Shown: positions 29,377-38,795 of the stretch, piece after piece
How the letters are laid out: each line of letters begins with the position of its first letter
How positions within the stretch are numbered: the stretch's first letter is position 1
Assembly (NCBI GenBank): GCA_963716175.1
Contig: OY970296.1
Location: 1,696,001 to 1,760,000, forward strand
Length of the DNA: 64,000 nucleotides
Direction: 5' to 3'
From: an uncultured Armatimonadetes bacterium
GTDB taxonomy: Bacteria; Armatimonadota; Hebobacteria; Hebobacterales; Hebobacteraceae
Position numbers and translations under genes: made by a program
The notes under the pieces: model-generated
Database searches by the model: none
Told to the model about the DNA's origin: nothing
The model's input: the letters and a program-made list of their open reading frames with translations, nothing else

Positions 29377-29519
29377 CTCCGGGTGCCCATACCAGGCCCT
29401 CTGGAGCCGGCCTATCATCACGCCGCCAACCGGAAAGTGGTGACCCGCGTGTCCGAGAAGAGCCCTCGCTCGACGACCCGCGACGAACCCCCGGACAGTG
29501 ACCCCAGCCGAGGGGGTAG

Positions 29520-30812
29520 TGTACAGACTGGATAGATAGGTAACACTCGTACCGGATACATAGGTAACGGGCAAGCGGTTACTATAGAGGCATGCATCTC
29601 TTCCTAGAGGAGAGGGGCCATGCCCTGGGAGCCAGTTACCGTGGAGCAGCAGCGACGGGAGTTTGTGATGTTCGCCCAGCAGGGGAGGGTGCCGTTTCGG
29701 GATCTGTGCCGCCGCTTCGGCATCAGCCCCAGGATCGGCTACAAATGGTGTTATCGCTTTGCTGAGGCCGGGGAAGTGGGCTTGCGGGATCACTCCCGCC
29801 GGCCCCACCGGAGGCGCCCGCAACTGCCGGCAGCCACCCAGCAGGCAATCGTGGCGCTCCGCCAGGCGCACCCGTGCTGGGGAGCCCGCAAGCTTCGCCG
29901 GCTGCTCCGCAACCAGGGCCTCCACCCCGTGCCAGCCACCAGCTCCATTACCGCGACCCTGCATCGGCACACGCTCATCGGTGCGGACTCGCCTGCGGGT
30001 CAGCGCCCCTGGGTGCGTTTCGAGCGCCCACTGCCCAACGACCTCTGGCAGATGGACTTCAAGGCGCCGGTAGCGACGCAGACGGGTCCCCAGCACGTGC
30101 TGAGCGTGCTGGACGATCATTCTCGCTTTGCCCTCTCTCTGCAGGCGCTGCCCAAGCAGGACGGGTGCTCCGTGCAGGCGGCGCTAGTGGCCGCTTTCCG
30201 GCACTATGGGGTGCCGGAGGCGATGCTGTCGGACAATGGAGGTCCCTGGGGAGATCTGGCCGCGGACGCATATGGGGCGCTGGCGGTGTGGCTGATGCGG
30301 CTGGGGATATACGTGACTCACTCTCGGCCCTACCATCCCCAGACCGTGGGCAAGGATGAACGCTTCCATGGCAGCTTGCAGCGAGAGCTGCTGGCGCGGC
30401 ACCAGTGGCGAGACGGGGAGCACCTGCAGGCGCACCTGGATCCGTGGCGGGAGCAATATAACTTCCTGCGCCCTCACGAGGCGCTCGCGCTGGAGGTGCC
30501 GGCAAGTCGCTACCAGCCCAGCCTGCGCGCCTACCCCGCGCAGCTGGAGCCGATCCAGTACCCGCCGGGGCTGCCGGTGCGCAAGGTGCAGCGTGGGGGC
30601 GAGGTGCACTTCGGGGGGCGTCTGCTGCCCGTTTCCAAGGCCTTCCGCGGTCAGCCGGTGGCCGTGCGCGCCACTGATATCGACGGCCTGGTGGAGGTGC
30701 TCTTCTGCCATCAGGTGATCAAACGCCTGACACTAGGGGAGTGCCCGAAGGCGGAGTAGAAGTGTTACCTATGTACTCGGCACATCCGTTACCCATGTAA
30801 CCGGTCCGCACA
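29520..30812 (+). mobile_element. IS481-family insertion sequence
   Basis: TGT...ACA ends with repeated subterminal (a)taggtaac / gttacc(t/c)at motifs; 5-bp target duplication ggtag (29515-29519, 30813-30817). Confidence 0.92.
29620..30759 (+). CDS. IS481-family transposase
   Basis: MPW, LCRRFGIS...YKW, WQMDFK, LDDHSR, SDNG.PW, HPQT.GKDERFH and YN..RPHEAL motifs. Confidence 0.95.
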   Translation: MPWEPVTVEQQRREFVMFAQQGRVPFRDLCRRFGISPRIGYKWCYRFAEAGEVGLRDHSRRPHRRRPQLPAATQQAIVALRQAHPCWGARKLRRLLRNQGLHPVPATSSITATLHRHTLIGADSPAGQRPWVRFERPLPNDLWQMDFKAPVATQTGPQHVLSVLDDHSRFALSLQALPKQDGCSVQAALVAAFRHYGVPEAMLSDNGGPWGDLAADAYGALAVWLMRLGIYVTHSRPYHPQTVGKDERFHGSLQRELLARHQWRDGEHLQAHLDPWREQYNFLRPHEALALEVPASRYQPSLRAYPAQLEPIQYPPGLPVRKVQRGGEVHFGGRLLPVSKAFRGQPVAVRATDIDGLVEVLFCHQVIKRLTLGECPKAE

Positions 30813-31011
30813 GGTAGCCGGAGTCGGGGGTGGGCGGGGCCGTCAGGCTACTTCTCCGGGAAGACAAGGGGCATCCCTCATGGCAGCAGCGCTGACCCCG
30901 CTCACGCGGGCGCCATCGCCAGGTGCGCGTCGCCCGCCGGCGAAGGTACGCGCACATGACTCTCATCGTGTCTCGCCATGCTACCGGCCGGCACCGAAGG
31001 GAGTGTGTCAT

Positions 31012-33099
31012 ATGAGATACTGGCTGCTCTTGACTGTGTCCTTGTCGCTGCTGATCCCGGCCTGCGCCGGCGAACATCCGAATGCCCGGCTCTATCTAGT
31101 CGCGCAGCAGGACTATGGCAAGGCGACCGGATTCTACCTCGACCTGGAGGGAGGCACACTGCGTGACCTGCCGATCATTCTGGGAGTGGGCGACGGCAAG
31201 GAGTGGCGCTTCCCCCAGCACGGGCCCGGCTTCGTGCCGAATCGACCCTATCACGTCCGTGCGGTGATCTCCCCGGAGCGCGGGCAGCTATTCCTCGACG
31301 GCGTACTGGTGGCGGATAGCCCGGGCCGGTGGCAGCCGACAGAAGGCGCGCTGACCGTGAACGAGCGCCCCGAATGGATGCCGGAGGTGGGCGACTGGCT
31401 GGCCGAGCTGGGAACGATCGTCGTCACGCTCAGTCGAGGCGGAAAGCAGGTCACGCACCAGCAGTTCCTTGGCTCGCCGCGCCGACCGGTGGCGTTGCAG
31501 CTCTTCCAGCCTGACGATCCAGACTCCGCGCCGTTCGCGCCGCGACCGGGGGACACGGTGACCATGGACCTGAGCATCACCTTCCGCACCTATGACCTGC
31601 ACTCGCTCGCACCGTTGACAGATCGCTATGGGCAGTGCCGCTATGCCGACTGGCCCGGCAAAGTGCGCTCGGATGATGATCTCAAGCATGACATCGAAGA
31701 CGAAGCGGCGCGCCTCGCCGCCATGCCCTTTTCCCCCGACTTCGACTCCTATGGCGGCTACCGCAAGGCCGGCTGGAAGGAGAAGGCCACCGGCTTCTTC
31801 CGCGTCACCAAGCGCGACGGCTTCTGGTGGCTCATCAGCCCCGAAGGCAACCCGACCTTCTACCTGGGCGTCTGCAGCGCCCCCTCAGCGGTGTGGACGG
31901 CGACACCGGTCACCGGCCGGGAGTACCTGTTCGAGTGGCTGCCGGAGCGCACTGGCGAGTATGCTGGCACGTGGGGGCATGACGACTGGGGGACGGGCGA
32001 GAACACCGACTTCGCGTCCCTGTACGCCTGCAATCTGATCCGTAAGTATGGCGATAGCTGGCAGCGCCGCGCGGAGGTGCAGAGCGTTCAGCGGTTGCGC
32101 TCCTGGGGCTTCAGCGGAGGCGGTAAATGGGGCACACCCGAGGCCTTGGTGGAGACGCCCGTGGTGAGTCGCGGAGGCGTGCCAGACCTGGTAGACCATC
32201 CCGACGTCTTCGATCCGGCTGTACAGGAAGCGGTCCGGGCGAGGCTGGCCGAGCAGATCACCCCGCGGCGGAGCGATCCCCGCGTCCTTGGCTGGGCGGT
32301 CGGCAGCGAGAAGGATGAGCTGATCCAGCCAGACGAGATCCTGAAGATCCTCCAGATGGCATCGACCGCCCCGGCAAAACGCGCGCTCATGGACTACGTG
32401 CTTGGCTCTCGCTACCGCGGCTCGCTCAGCGCTCTCGGTACGGCCTGGGGCCTCTCCGCGGAAACGCGCGAGGGATTGTACGCGACGACACCTACTCCTC
32501 CGCCGCCGGATGTGGAGGCGATGCGCCTGTACTATGTGGACAGGTACTATGAACTCCTCTACCGGACAGTGAAGGCCATCGACCCGAACCATCTCTACCT
32601 GGGCTGCTATCTCTGTCCCGTCTGTGCGGAGCGCGAGGAGGACTGGCTCCTGGCCGGGCGCCACGCGGACGTGGTGAGCTATGACCTCTATACCCTGGAG
32701 TACGGCAACGAGCGGCTGCGGCGCATGGAGGCCGAACTGGGCAAGCCGACGTTCTGCGGGGAGTTCTCCTACCCGGCCTGGTACGACGGACAAAGGGGAT
32801 TTGGGAGGTTCCGTGTGAGCACGCGGGACGACGCCGAGGCCGGTGAGAAATACCGCGCCTGGGTGCAAGCTGCGGCTCGTGACCCGCATTGCGTCGGTGG
32901 CTCCTGGTTCGAGTATCGTGACCAGCCGATCACTGGCCGAGGGCCGGGGTATGGCCCGCGGCCGGTCTACGGCGAGCATTTCGCCTTCGGGCTGGTCGGC
33001 GAGACCGACCGGCCGAAGTGGGAGATGGTAGCGCGAATGCGGGAGGCGAACCTGCGGGCCGCGCACTGGCGGATGGAGGCTGCACGGCAGAGGCAGTGA
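31012..33099 (+). CDS. Secreted clan GH-A glycoside hydrolase, beta-agarase (GH50)-like
   Basis: Signal peptide; D.YGQ...DWPGK, D.YGG...ATGFF....DG.WWL..PEG, DVFDP, DPNHLYLG, GEF, P..VG..WF.Y.DQ..GR motifs. Confidence 0.75.
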   Translation: MRYWLLLTVSLSLLIPACAGEHPNARLYLVAQQDYGKATGFYLDLEGGTLRDLPIILGVGDGKEWRFPQHGPGFVPNRPYHVRAVISPERGQLFLDGVLVADSPGRWQPTEGALTVNERPEWMPEVGDWLAELGTIVVTLSRGGKQVTHQQFLGSPRRPVALQLFQPDDPDSAPFAPRPGDTVTMDLSITFRTYDLHSLAPLTDRYGQCRYADWPGKVRSDDDLKHDIEDEAARLAAMPFSPDFDSYGGYRKAGWKEKATGFFRVTKRDGFWWLISPEGNPTFYLGVCSAPSAVWTATPVTGREYLFEWLPERTGEYAGTWGHDDWGTGENTDFASLYACNLIRKYGDSWQRRAEVQSVQRLRSWGFSGGGKWGTPEALVETPVVSRGGVPDLVDHPDVFDPAVQEAVRARLAEQITPRRSDPRVLGWAVGSEKDELIQPDEILKILQMASTAPAKRALMDYVLGSRYRGSLSALGTAWGLSAETREGLYATTPTPPPPDVEAMRLYYVDRYYELLYRTVKAIDPNHLYLGCYLCPVCAEREEDWLLAGRHADVVSYDLYTLEYGNERLRRMEAELGKPTFCGEFSYPAWYDGQRGFGRFRVSTRDDAEAGEKYRAWVQAAARDPHCVGGSWFEYRDQPITGRGPGYGPRPVYGEHFAFGLVGETDRPKWEMVARMREANLRAAHWRMEAARQRQ

Positions 33100-33158
33100 T
33101 GCTGGGGCCGCCGACCAACTGCGTCTGTCACCCCTCGGACAACTCGAATGGCCCTACC

Positions 33159-33896
33159 ATGGAGGTGCGCCTGGGCACCTGCGGCTGGTCCTTCGCCGAC
33201 TGGAAGGGCACCTTCTACCCTCCCGGCACCAAAGACGAGCTGGCCTACTACGCCAGCCACTTCGACACCGTCGAGATCGACAGCACCTACTACCGCATAC
33301 CCTCAGCCAGGATCGTTGACGGGTGGCGTGACCGGACCCCCCCGGGGTTCCTCTTCTGCCCCAAACTGCCCGGCGAGATCACTCACGAGAAGATGCTCGA
33401 GGGCGCCGACGAGCAGGTCGCGGCGTTCACCGATGTGATCTCCCGGCTGGGCGACAAGCTGGGCCCGATTCTGGTTCAGCTTCATCCCAGCTTCGCCCAC
33501 GACCAACTCCCGAAGCTCGCAGCATTCCTGTCGGGTCTGCCGGCCGAGTTCCGGTACGCAGTCGAGTTCCGACATCGTTCATGGCTCGATCAGACCGATG
33601 CGCTCCAGCTCCTGCGTTCCCTGAGCATGGGCCTGGCGATGGCGCACCACCCTTGGTACGCGCGAATCCGAGGAGTCACCGCAGACTTCGCCTACCTGCG
33701 GCTGCTGGGCCGTCGCAATGTCTTCCCCGACTTCGGGCGGATGCATCGGCCCCACGACGAGGTGCTCGCGGAGTGGGCTGCGTTTCTGGAGGCGATAGCC
33801 TCACGGGTGACCCGATGCTATGTCCTCGTCAACAACCAGTTCGAGGGGCACAGCCCGGCTACGGTTGGGCGATTGCGGGCGTTGCTGGCGACATAG
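33159..33896 (+). CDS. DUF72 (YecE-like) protein
   Basis: LGTCGWS..DW.G.FYP, VEIDSTYY, K.P..ITH, LGP.L.Q, AVEFRH and NN motifs. Confidence 0.9.
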   Translation: MEVRLGTCGWSFADWKGTFYPPGTKDELAYYASHFDTVEIDSTYYRIPSARIVDGWRDRTPPGFLFCPKLPGEITHEKMLEGADEQVAAFTDVISRLGDKLGPILVQLHPSFAHDQLPKLAAFLSGLPAEFRYAVEFRHRSWLDQTDALQLLRSLSMGLAMAHHPWYARIRGVTADFAYLRLLGRRNVFPDFGRMHRPHDEVLAEWAAFLEAIASRVTRCYVLVNNQFEGHSPATVGRLRALLAT

Positions 33897-34040
33897 GTGC
33901 GGGAGTGGGAGCATGACACCCCTGAAGTGGCTTGGTCTGTGTTGCTGGGCCGGCGCGAAGGAGACCGAGTTGGCTATAGTCTCCGGGCCACGCGCCAGGC
34001 CGAGATCACCATGGGGCTTCGCTGCCAGTGCCGAGAGAAG

Positions 34041-34712
34041 CTACCTTCCCAGGATACGCCGGATGCCCGCGGCGAACTCGACCGCACCGCCCCGTGCAGG
34101 ATGGCGGACATACTCACTGGCAATGCTGGCCAGGGACAGACCCTGCTCTGCCTTGCGGCCGATCGCGATGATAGTCTCGGGTGCGACGATGCGCACGATC
34201 TCTGCAACGATTCCTGCGAAACGACGGATCTCTGCGCGGGTGGGCGTCCGCACAGTGAGTGGTCGGTTTGCCTCGTGGGGGTGAAGAGGGACCAGATCTC
34301 AGACTATGAACCCGGGATCGCTGTAGTAAGGCAGCATGACATCCCAAAACGTGAGGGCTGAGGCGGACACGTAAGGCGGGGCAGCGTGCTTGCGCAGCAT
34401 CCCGGCAGGGGGGCTATCCCGGCTCGACCGTGCTCCCTGCAGAGGGAAGCCGGGACACGAGAGAAGCTGCCGCTCACCCGTGAACGGCACTCCCGAGAAC
34501 CGACAGCCCCATGGCCCGGCGGCTTCGCCCACCACAAGCACCGTCGGCCCAGGAGGTAGGCGCATGAGATAGCCGGTCAGGTTGTGCCGTCGTATCTCTG
34601 CGGCGCCAGGCGCATCGACCAGGGGTTCTTCATCAGCATACTGGTTGAACAGCTCGCTCGTGGACGCGATCGGGAAAACCGTCCTCTCCAGCAGCCCGAG
34701 CAGTTCTCGCAT
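34041..34712 (-). pseudogene. Uracil-DNA glycosylase-superfamily protein with an in-frame TGA at 34299-34301
   Basis: FNQY, GEA.G..GCRFSGVPFT.E, SA..FW; then *DLVPLHPH...RTPT..E...AIGRKA...VRHP..GG continues in the same frame. Confidence 0.8.
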
Positions 34713-34729
34713 GGCCCATTCTCTTCACA

Positions 34730-35524
34730 TCACGGCGTGTGGTCGAAGCAGGACAGGCATCGCCCGGACTCAATCAGTGTCTTCACTACGGACTGGACCT
34801 TGCGGCGTACCTCGCTGAACTCCGGCAATCGTGCAGCCGTGTGCTCCTCCAGGTAGAGGGAGCGGTTGATCTCCACCATGATCGAGAGCACCCTCTCATC
34901 TCTCCGGTAGAAGCTGTGGGGTACGACGGTTCCGGCGTACGGCCGGTTCAGCTCCACGCGCCACCCGAGATCGCTGGATGCAGCCACCGCAGTCCGCTGC
35001 AGCCACTCAGGGGTATGGAACGGGTCCGTCCCGATGCAGATGTCCGGACGAAGTGGCGCCCGATCCATATCGCAGGGCAGAGGCGAGGAAGGGAAACTGT
35101 GAGCATCAATGATGAGGGAGTGGCCAGTCGCCTCCAGTGCCTCGCGGACAAGCTGCTCAAGCCTCTCGTGATGGGGAACATAGTAGCACTCAAGCAGCCG
35201 CTGCCGCTCTTCGGCCTCCAGGGTCGACCTCAGCGCTCGTCCGTCCGAGGTTCTAGTATAGATCGCTCCCATTCCTCGACTGGCCATTGGTTCGTCTGCG
35301 TCGTCGGCGAATCTCTCCGGATCGACTACCAGCCTGCTCACTGGGAAGAGGAGCCTGTCGGCCAGTTCCGCACCAACTTCGAAGAGCTCATCGGTGTACC
35401 AGTCGGTCATCCTGAGCAGTTCCTGAGCGAGCGCCTCACCCGAGATCGCCAACTTGGCGGCCTCGCTCGCCGGTATGACGGTCGACGCGTGGGGGAGGTG
35501 GAGGATGACTCCTATGGCAAGCAT
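34730..35524 (-). CDS. N-formylglutamate amidohydrolase family protein
   Basis: H.PH, TDW.TD, SRLV.DPERF, YY.PHH, IDAHSF, PD.CIG, N.PY.G and EINR.LY motifs. Confidence 0.88.
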   Translation of the reverse strand: MLAIGVILHLPHASTVIPASEAAKLAISGEALAQELLRMTDWYTDELFEVGAELADRLLFPVSRLVVDPERFADDADEPMASRGMGAIYTRTSDGRALRSTLEAEERQRLLECYYVPHHERLEQLVREALEATGHSLIIDAHSFPSSPLPCDMDRAPLRPDICIGTDPFHTPEWLQRTAVAASSDLGWRVELNRPYAGTVVPHSFYRRDERVLSIMVEINRSLYLEEHTAARLPEFSEVRRKVQSVVKTLIESGRCLSCFDHTP

Positions 35525-36692
35525 ACGCTCGCGTCCCGACTCGAGTGCTGTGCGGCGAGTTGCACTGTGAACCAGTCTCGCCAGCGGCAGACCGCGCCGG
35601 GAGCAGCACTAGGTTTAGCGCTCGTGACGAGGCCTGCGCGCTCGAAAATGCTCATCCTGTGCTCCCCAAACCTCCTCGCGGTGGGAAAGCAACCTGCTCC
35701 GAGCGGATAATCGCCCTCAATGGTGTGCCGCCAACGTCGAGCGGACCCTCACACCACATCTTGTCTGGCACCACTCCCGCGCTGTGAGTCCGCACCGCCC
35801 TGTCCCAATCGTCTGCGGTGTGAAACAACTCGCCGCGATTGTTCATCTCGTCGGCGTTGAGAAAACCCAAGTACACCAAGACCACTGGCACGTCCATCGA
35901 AGCGAGTTTCCACGCCCACGCAAACCGGTTGCTGAGCTGGTAGTGCGAGTCACGTGACAGCCCCCAGCCGCTGACTATTCCGTTCAAGGCCGTGTTGGCC
36001 TCCTGGATCGCCACACCAATCTTCTCGTGGTTCTCCCATCCATTCGCGGTCCTCGGCTTCGGCTTGCCGCTGCTGGATAGCTCTTTCCAGTGGGCCTTGG
36101 CCTCTACCAGCATCAGGCCTTCCGCCCCCTGGATTGTGCACTTGCTGGCGATGTCCCAATTGGGGGTATTCGCTCCCGGGCCCACCTTCAGCCACCACTT
36201 AGAAAGGCAATAATATACTTCACGCAGCGGCCAAAGTCTGAAGGGATGCGAGTATGGAAATAGAACTTTGGAAGAAGCATTCGAACTACGAAAACTCGAC
36301 TGGGGGGTGCAAACCTATGACGATCATCGTCGGGATCGTGTGTACCGGCGGATTGGTCATTGCTTCGGATAGCCAGGCAACCAGCTTCAAGGGTGTTCTC
36401 GGCAAGCGGCAACAACCCAAAATCCATGCGATGAACGGCGGAATCGGCGTTCATGCCGTTGTGACTGGGGCAGGTGCAGTAGCCTGGCTCTCCAAGGCCG
36501 TTGAAAGGCTAGCGACCCTGTGCGAGGGCCGTCGCTTCGGTAGTGTGGCCGAAGTCGCGACCGAAGCGGAGAAAGCCATTTTCGGCCTGATCAAAGACTA
36601 TGCCGTTGACCGCATGAGACAATTAGGACCCGCAGTTGGTGGCCCGCCTGCGTCTACCGCACAGGCGCGCCATCTGCAGGATGAACCGTATC

Positions 36693-38148
36693 GATTATGT
36701 CCCGCCCGTAGTGTAAGGTTGGGCGGTCCCTCTCGCGTATCTTAGGCCGCGACACGGCCCTCGTCAACTGAGATCTGCGACCGGTCGCTAAGCGACTGGC
36801 CTTCGTCCAGCACGGCCTTCAGCATCCAGAGGCCCTTGTGCCCCATGATCTTGCGGAAGCTGCGCTCGGTCTCCAGCGCGGCCGCCCCGGCCCAGCGCAA
36901 GGCCATCTCTCCCGAGCGCCAGCGGGTGACGCGGCCGGTGCGACCCTCCACCCCCGAGAGCGAGCTCTCGATGATGTTGGTGGTGGTCAGGCAGGTGTGC
37001 AGCATCGGCGACAGCCCCAGTCGGGCGATGGTGAAGGTCTCCTCCAAGCCCTCCCGCAGGCTGGCCGCGGCCTTGGGATGAGTTCGCTCCAGCCACTCGA
37101 TCTGGGTGTGCAGCCGCGCCATCCCTTCCTTGGGCTCCAGCTTCCACGCCGCCCGCAGCGCCGCCGCCACCTGCCCCTGCATCTCTTTGGGCAGGTAGCC
37201 CAGCACGTTCCGGCGCTTGTGCGCCTGGCAGCGCTGCACCGGATGCTGCTTGCCGAAGACATCATCAATCGCCTTGCGCAACGCCTTCGAGCCATCAATC
37301 ACCAACAGCCGTCTGCGCTCCGGGCGCACCCCTCGCTCCACCAGCTCCTCCAGCAGTCCCTTCACTACCACCGCGTTCTCCGTGGCCCCCTCGGTGAGGC
37401 CCAGGACGTGTTTGCAGCCCGCTGCGTCCACTCCGATGGCACTCACCACCTGGTGGCCCCCGAAGTGCTTGCCGTCCAGGTAGATCACCAACAGGTCAAG
37501 GTCATCGAAGCGCCGCTCGCACAGCTCCCGCAGCGCCTCCGCACTCGCCTCTTGCAGCTGCCGGCTCACCGCCGAGCGCGATACCCCGCAGCGCTCCGCC
37601 AGCTCCGGCACCACCTCCTGGTAATGGCGCGTGCTCACCCCTCGCATCACAATCGACAGCATCCGCTCCCGCAGCCTCTCATCGGACTGCATCGCGGCAT
37701 AAGCCGGCACCGCCACCTCAGCCCCCTCCCCGCCGCCCTTCCGGCGCAACCGCGGCTTGCTCACCCGCACCTTCTGGCCCCCCAGCGCGACTATCCCGCC
37801 TTGCTCGCCATGGCGCCGGATCACCCCGCCCGGCCGGCCCGGATGCGCCGGCCCCGCCACCTCTTCGGCTGAGATCAGCAGCACCGCCTCCAGCGCCGCC
37901 TTTCCCATCTCCCCCACTAGCTCTTCCACGGCGAGTTGCCCCGCCTCCAGCAGTTCCATCATCGGCACCAGCGCCGCCCCCTCCCTCGCCAGAAACTGGC
38001 GCAGCGCGGCACTACCCTTGCGACCCACAACCTGATACTCTCTTCTCACGGCGGTTCTCTCCTTTTCAAGCTTTGGGTTACCCGATTCTATCAGAACCGG
38101 GCTGGAGAGAGCCGCCTCAACCTTCAACTATGAACGGGACACCATCCC
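36693..38148 (-). mobile_element. IS256-family insertion sequence
   Basis: Imperfect IRs gattatgtcccgcccgtagt / gatggtgtcccgttcatagt; apparent 7-bp direct repeat ccgtatc (36686-36692, 38149-38155). Confidence 0.88.
36742..38049 (-). CDS. IS256-family (mutator) transposase
   Basis: GVSTR, S.S.VSR, YLDG, G.TEN, L..RG, IDG.K.L, QRC..HK.RN and TTN.IES motifs; RBS aaggag before GTG. Confidence 0.93.
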   Translation of the reverse strand: MRREYQVVGRKGSAALRQFLAREGAALVPMMELLEAGQLAVEELVGEMGKAALEAVLLISAEEVAGPAHPGRPGGVIRRHGEQGGIVALGGQKVRVSKPRLRRKGGGEGAEVAVPAYAAMQSDERLRERMLSIVMRGVSTRHYQEVVPELAERCGVSRSAVSRQLQEASAEALRELCERRFDDLDLLVIYLDGKHFGGHQVVSAIGVDAAGCKHVLGLTEGATENAVVVKGLLEELVERGVRPERRRLLVIDGSKALRKAIDDVFGKQHPVQRCQAHKRRNVLGYLPKEMQGQVAAALRAAWKLEPKEGMARLHTQIEWLERTHPKAAASLREGLEETFTIARLGLSPMLHTCLTTTNIIESSLSGVEGRTGRVTRWRSGEMALRWAGAAALETERSFRKIMGHKGLWMLKAVLDEGQSLSDRSQISVDEGRVAA

Positions 38149-38632
38149 CCGTATCCATCTCCCAACATTCACTTGATGCTTGGAGGATATGACAAAGCAC
38201 CTGATCTGTACACCATCGCGGGCGATGGCATCGCCCAGAAAGAAGAGACATACGCCTCCGTTGGTAGCGGTTCCGCATATGCCGATTACATTCTGCAGCG
38301 TCTATATGTCGAGGGCATGAAGCTATCCGAGGGATTGGACTGCGCCGCGTACACTATCGAAGAGGTCAAGAAAGTAGACCCAAGTTGCGGCGGGCCTGTT
38401 CAACTCATCACGGTTGATGCCAAGGGAGTGCACTCCTTCACGTCGGATGACACTAAGTCGGTTGTAGATCGAGTGACGGTGCGCGATGACCTGCTGGCCG
38501 AGATGTGGCGCGCGCTGGTATTTGGTCGAAAGAGCCACGCCGATGTGAGGAAGTTTCTTGGTCTGCCTACACGCGGGCGAAAGGCCAAGCAGAGCCAGTA
38601 ACGGGTTTCACTCGAACAGGGTGAAGTCCGAG

Positions 38633-38794
38633 TCAGCCTGCCCGGACGGACTTCTTCACGCGTGGCCGCTTCTTCCTGGGGAGTGCCTGCTGTCTACCGG
38701 CCTCGGTCTTCGGAACCGCGAGGAGGCGCTTCGCGAGGGACTGGAAGCGGTGCCATTGGCTCGAGTCGGATTCCGTAGTTCTGGGGTTTTTCAT
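38633..38794 (-). CDS. 53-aa small basic protein MKNPRTTESDSSQWHRFQSLAKRLLAVPKTE... inside the IS1595 element (not in the ORF track)
   Basis: ATG 1 nt after the stop of the upstream gene; F..LAKRLL.VPK.E motif followed by a Lys/Arg tail. Confidence 0.55.
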   Translation of the reverse strand: MKNPRTTESDSSQWHRFQSLAKRLLAVPKTEAGRQQALPRKKRPRVKKSVRAG

Positions 38795-38795
38795 A

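Larger units (their letters stand above)
29478..30845. repeat. Island repeat family, copy E (right part), interrupted by IS481
   Basis: ccgcgacgaacccccggacagtgaccccagccgagggggtag|IS|ccggagtcgggggtgggcggggccgtc. Confidence 0.75.
36317..38601 (+). pseudogene. Proteasome beta-subunit-like Ntn hydrolase interrupted by IS256 (36317-36692 + 38156-38601)
   Basis: M-T-IIVGI..GGLVIASDSQAT, PKI, TGAG; after the IS: LMLGGYD..P.LY, YASVGSGS.YA..IL, K.D...GG.V; excision restores DEPY-PSPNIHLM in frame. Confidence 0.85.

Noticed and set aside
29402-29411. tggagccggc matching the tRNA-Thr 3' end
   Set aside because: Only 10 bp in GC-rich DNA; expected by chance
34299-34301. Selenocysteine or stop-codon recoding in the UDG-like gene
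   Set aside because: The position corresponds to Trp rather than Cys, no SECIS was recognised and TGA is used as a normal stop elsewhere
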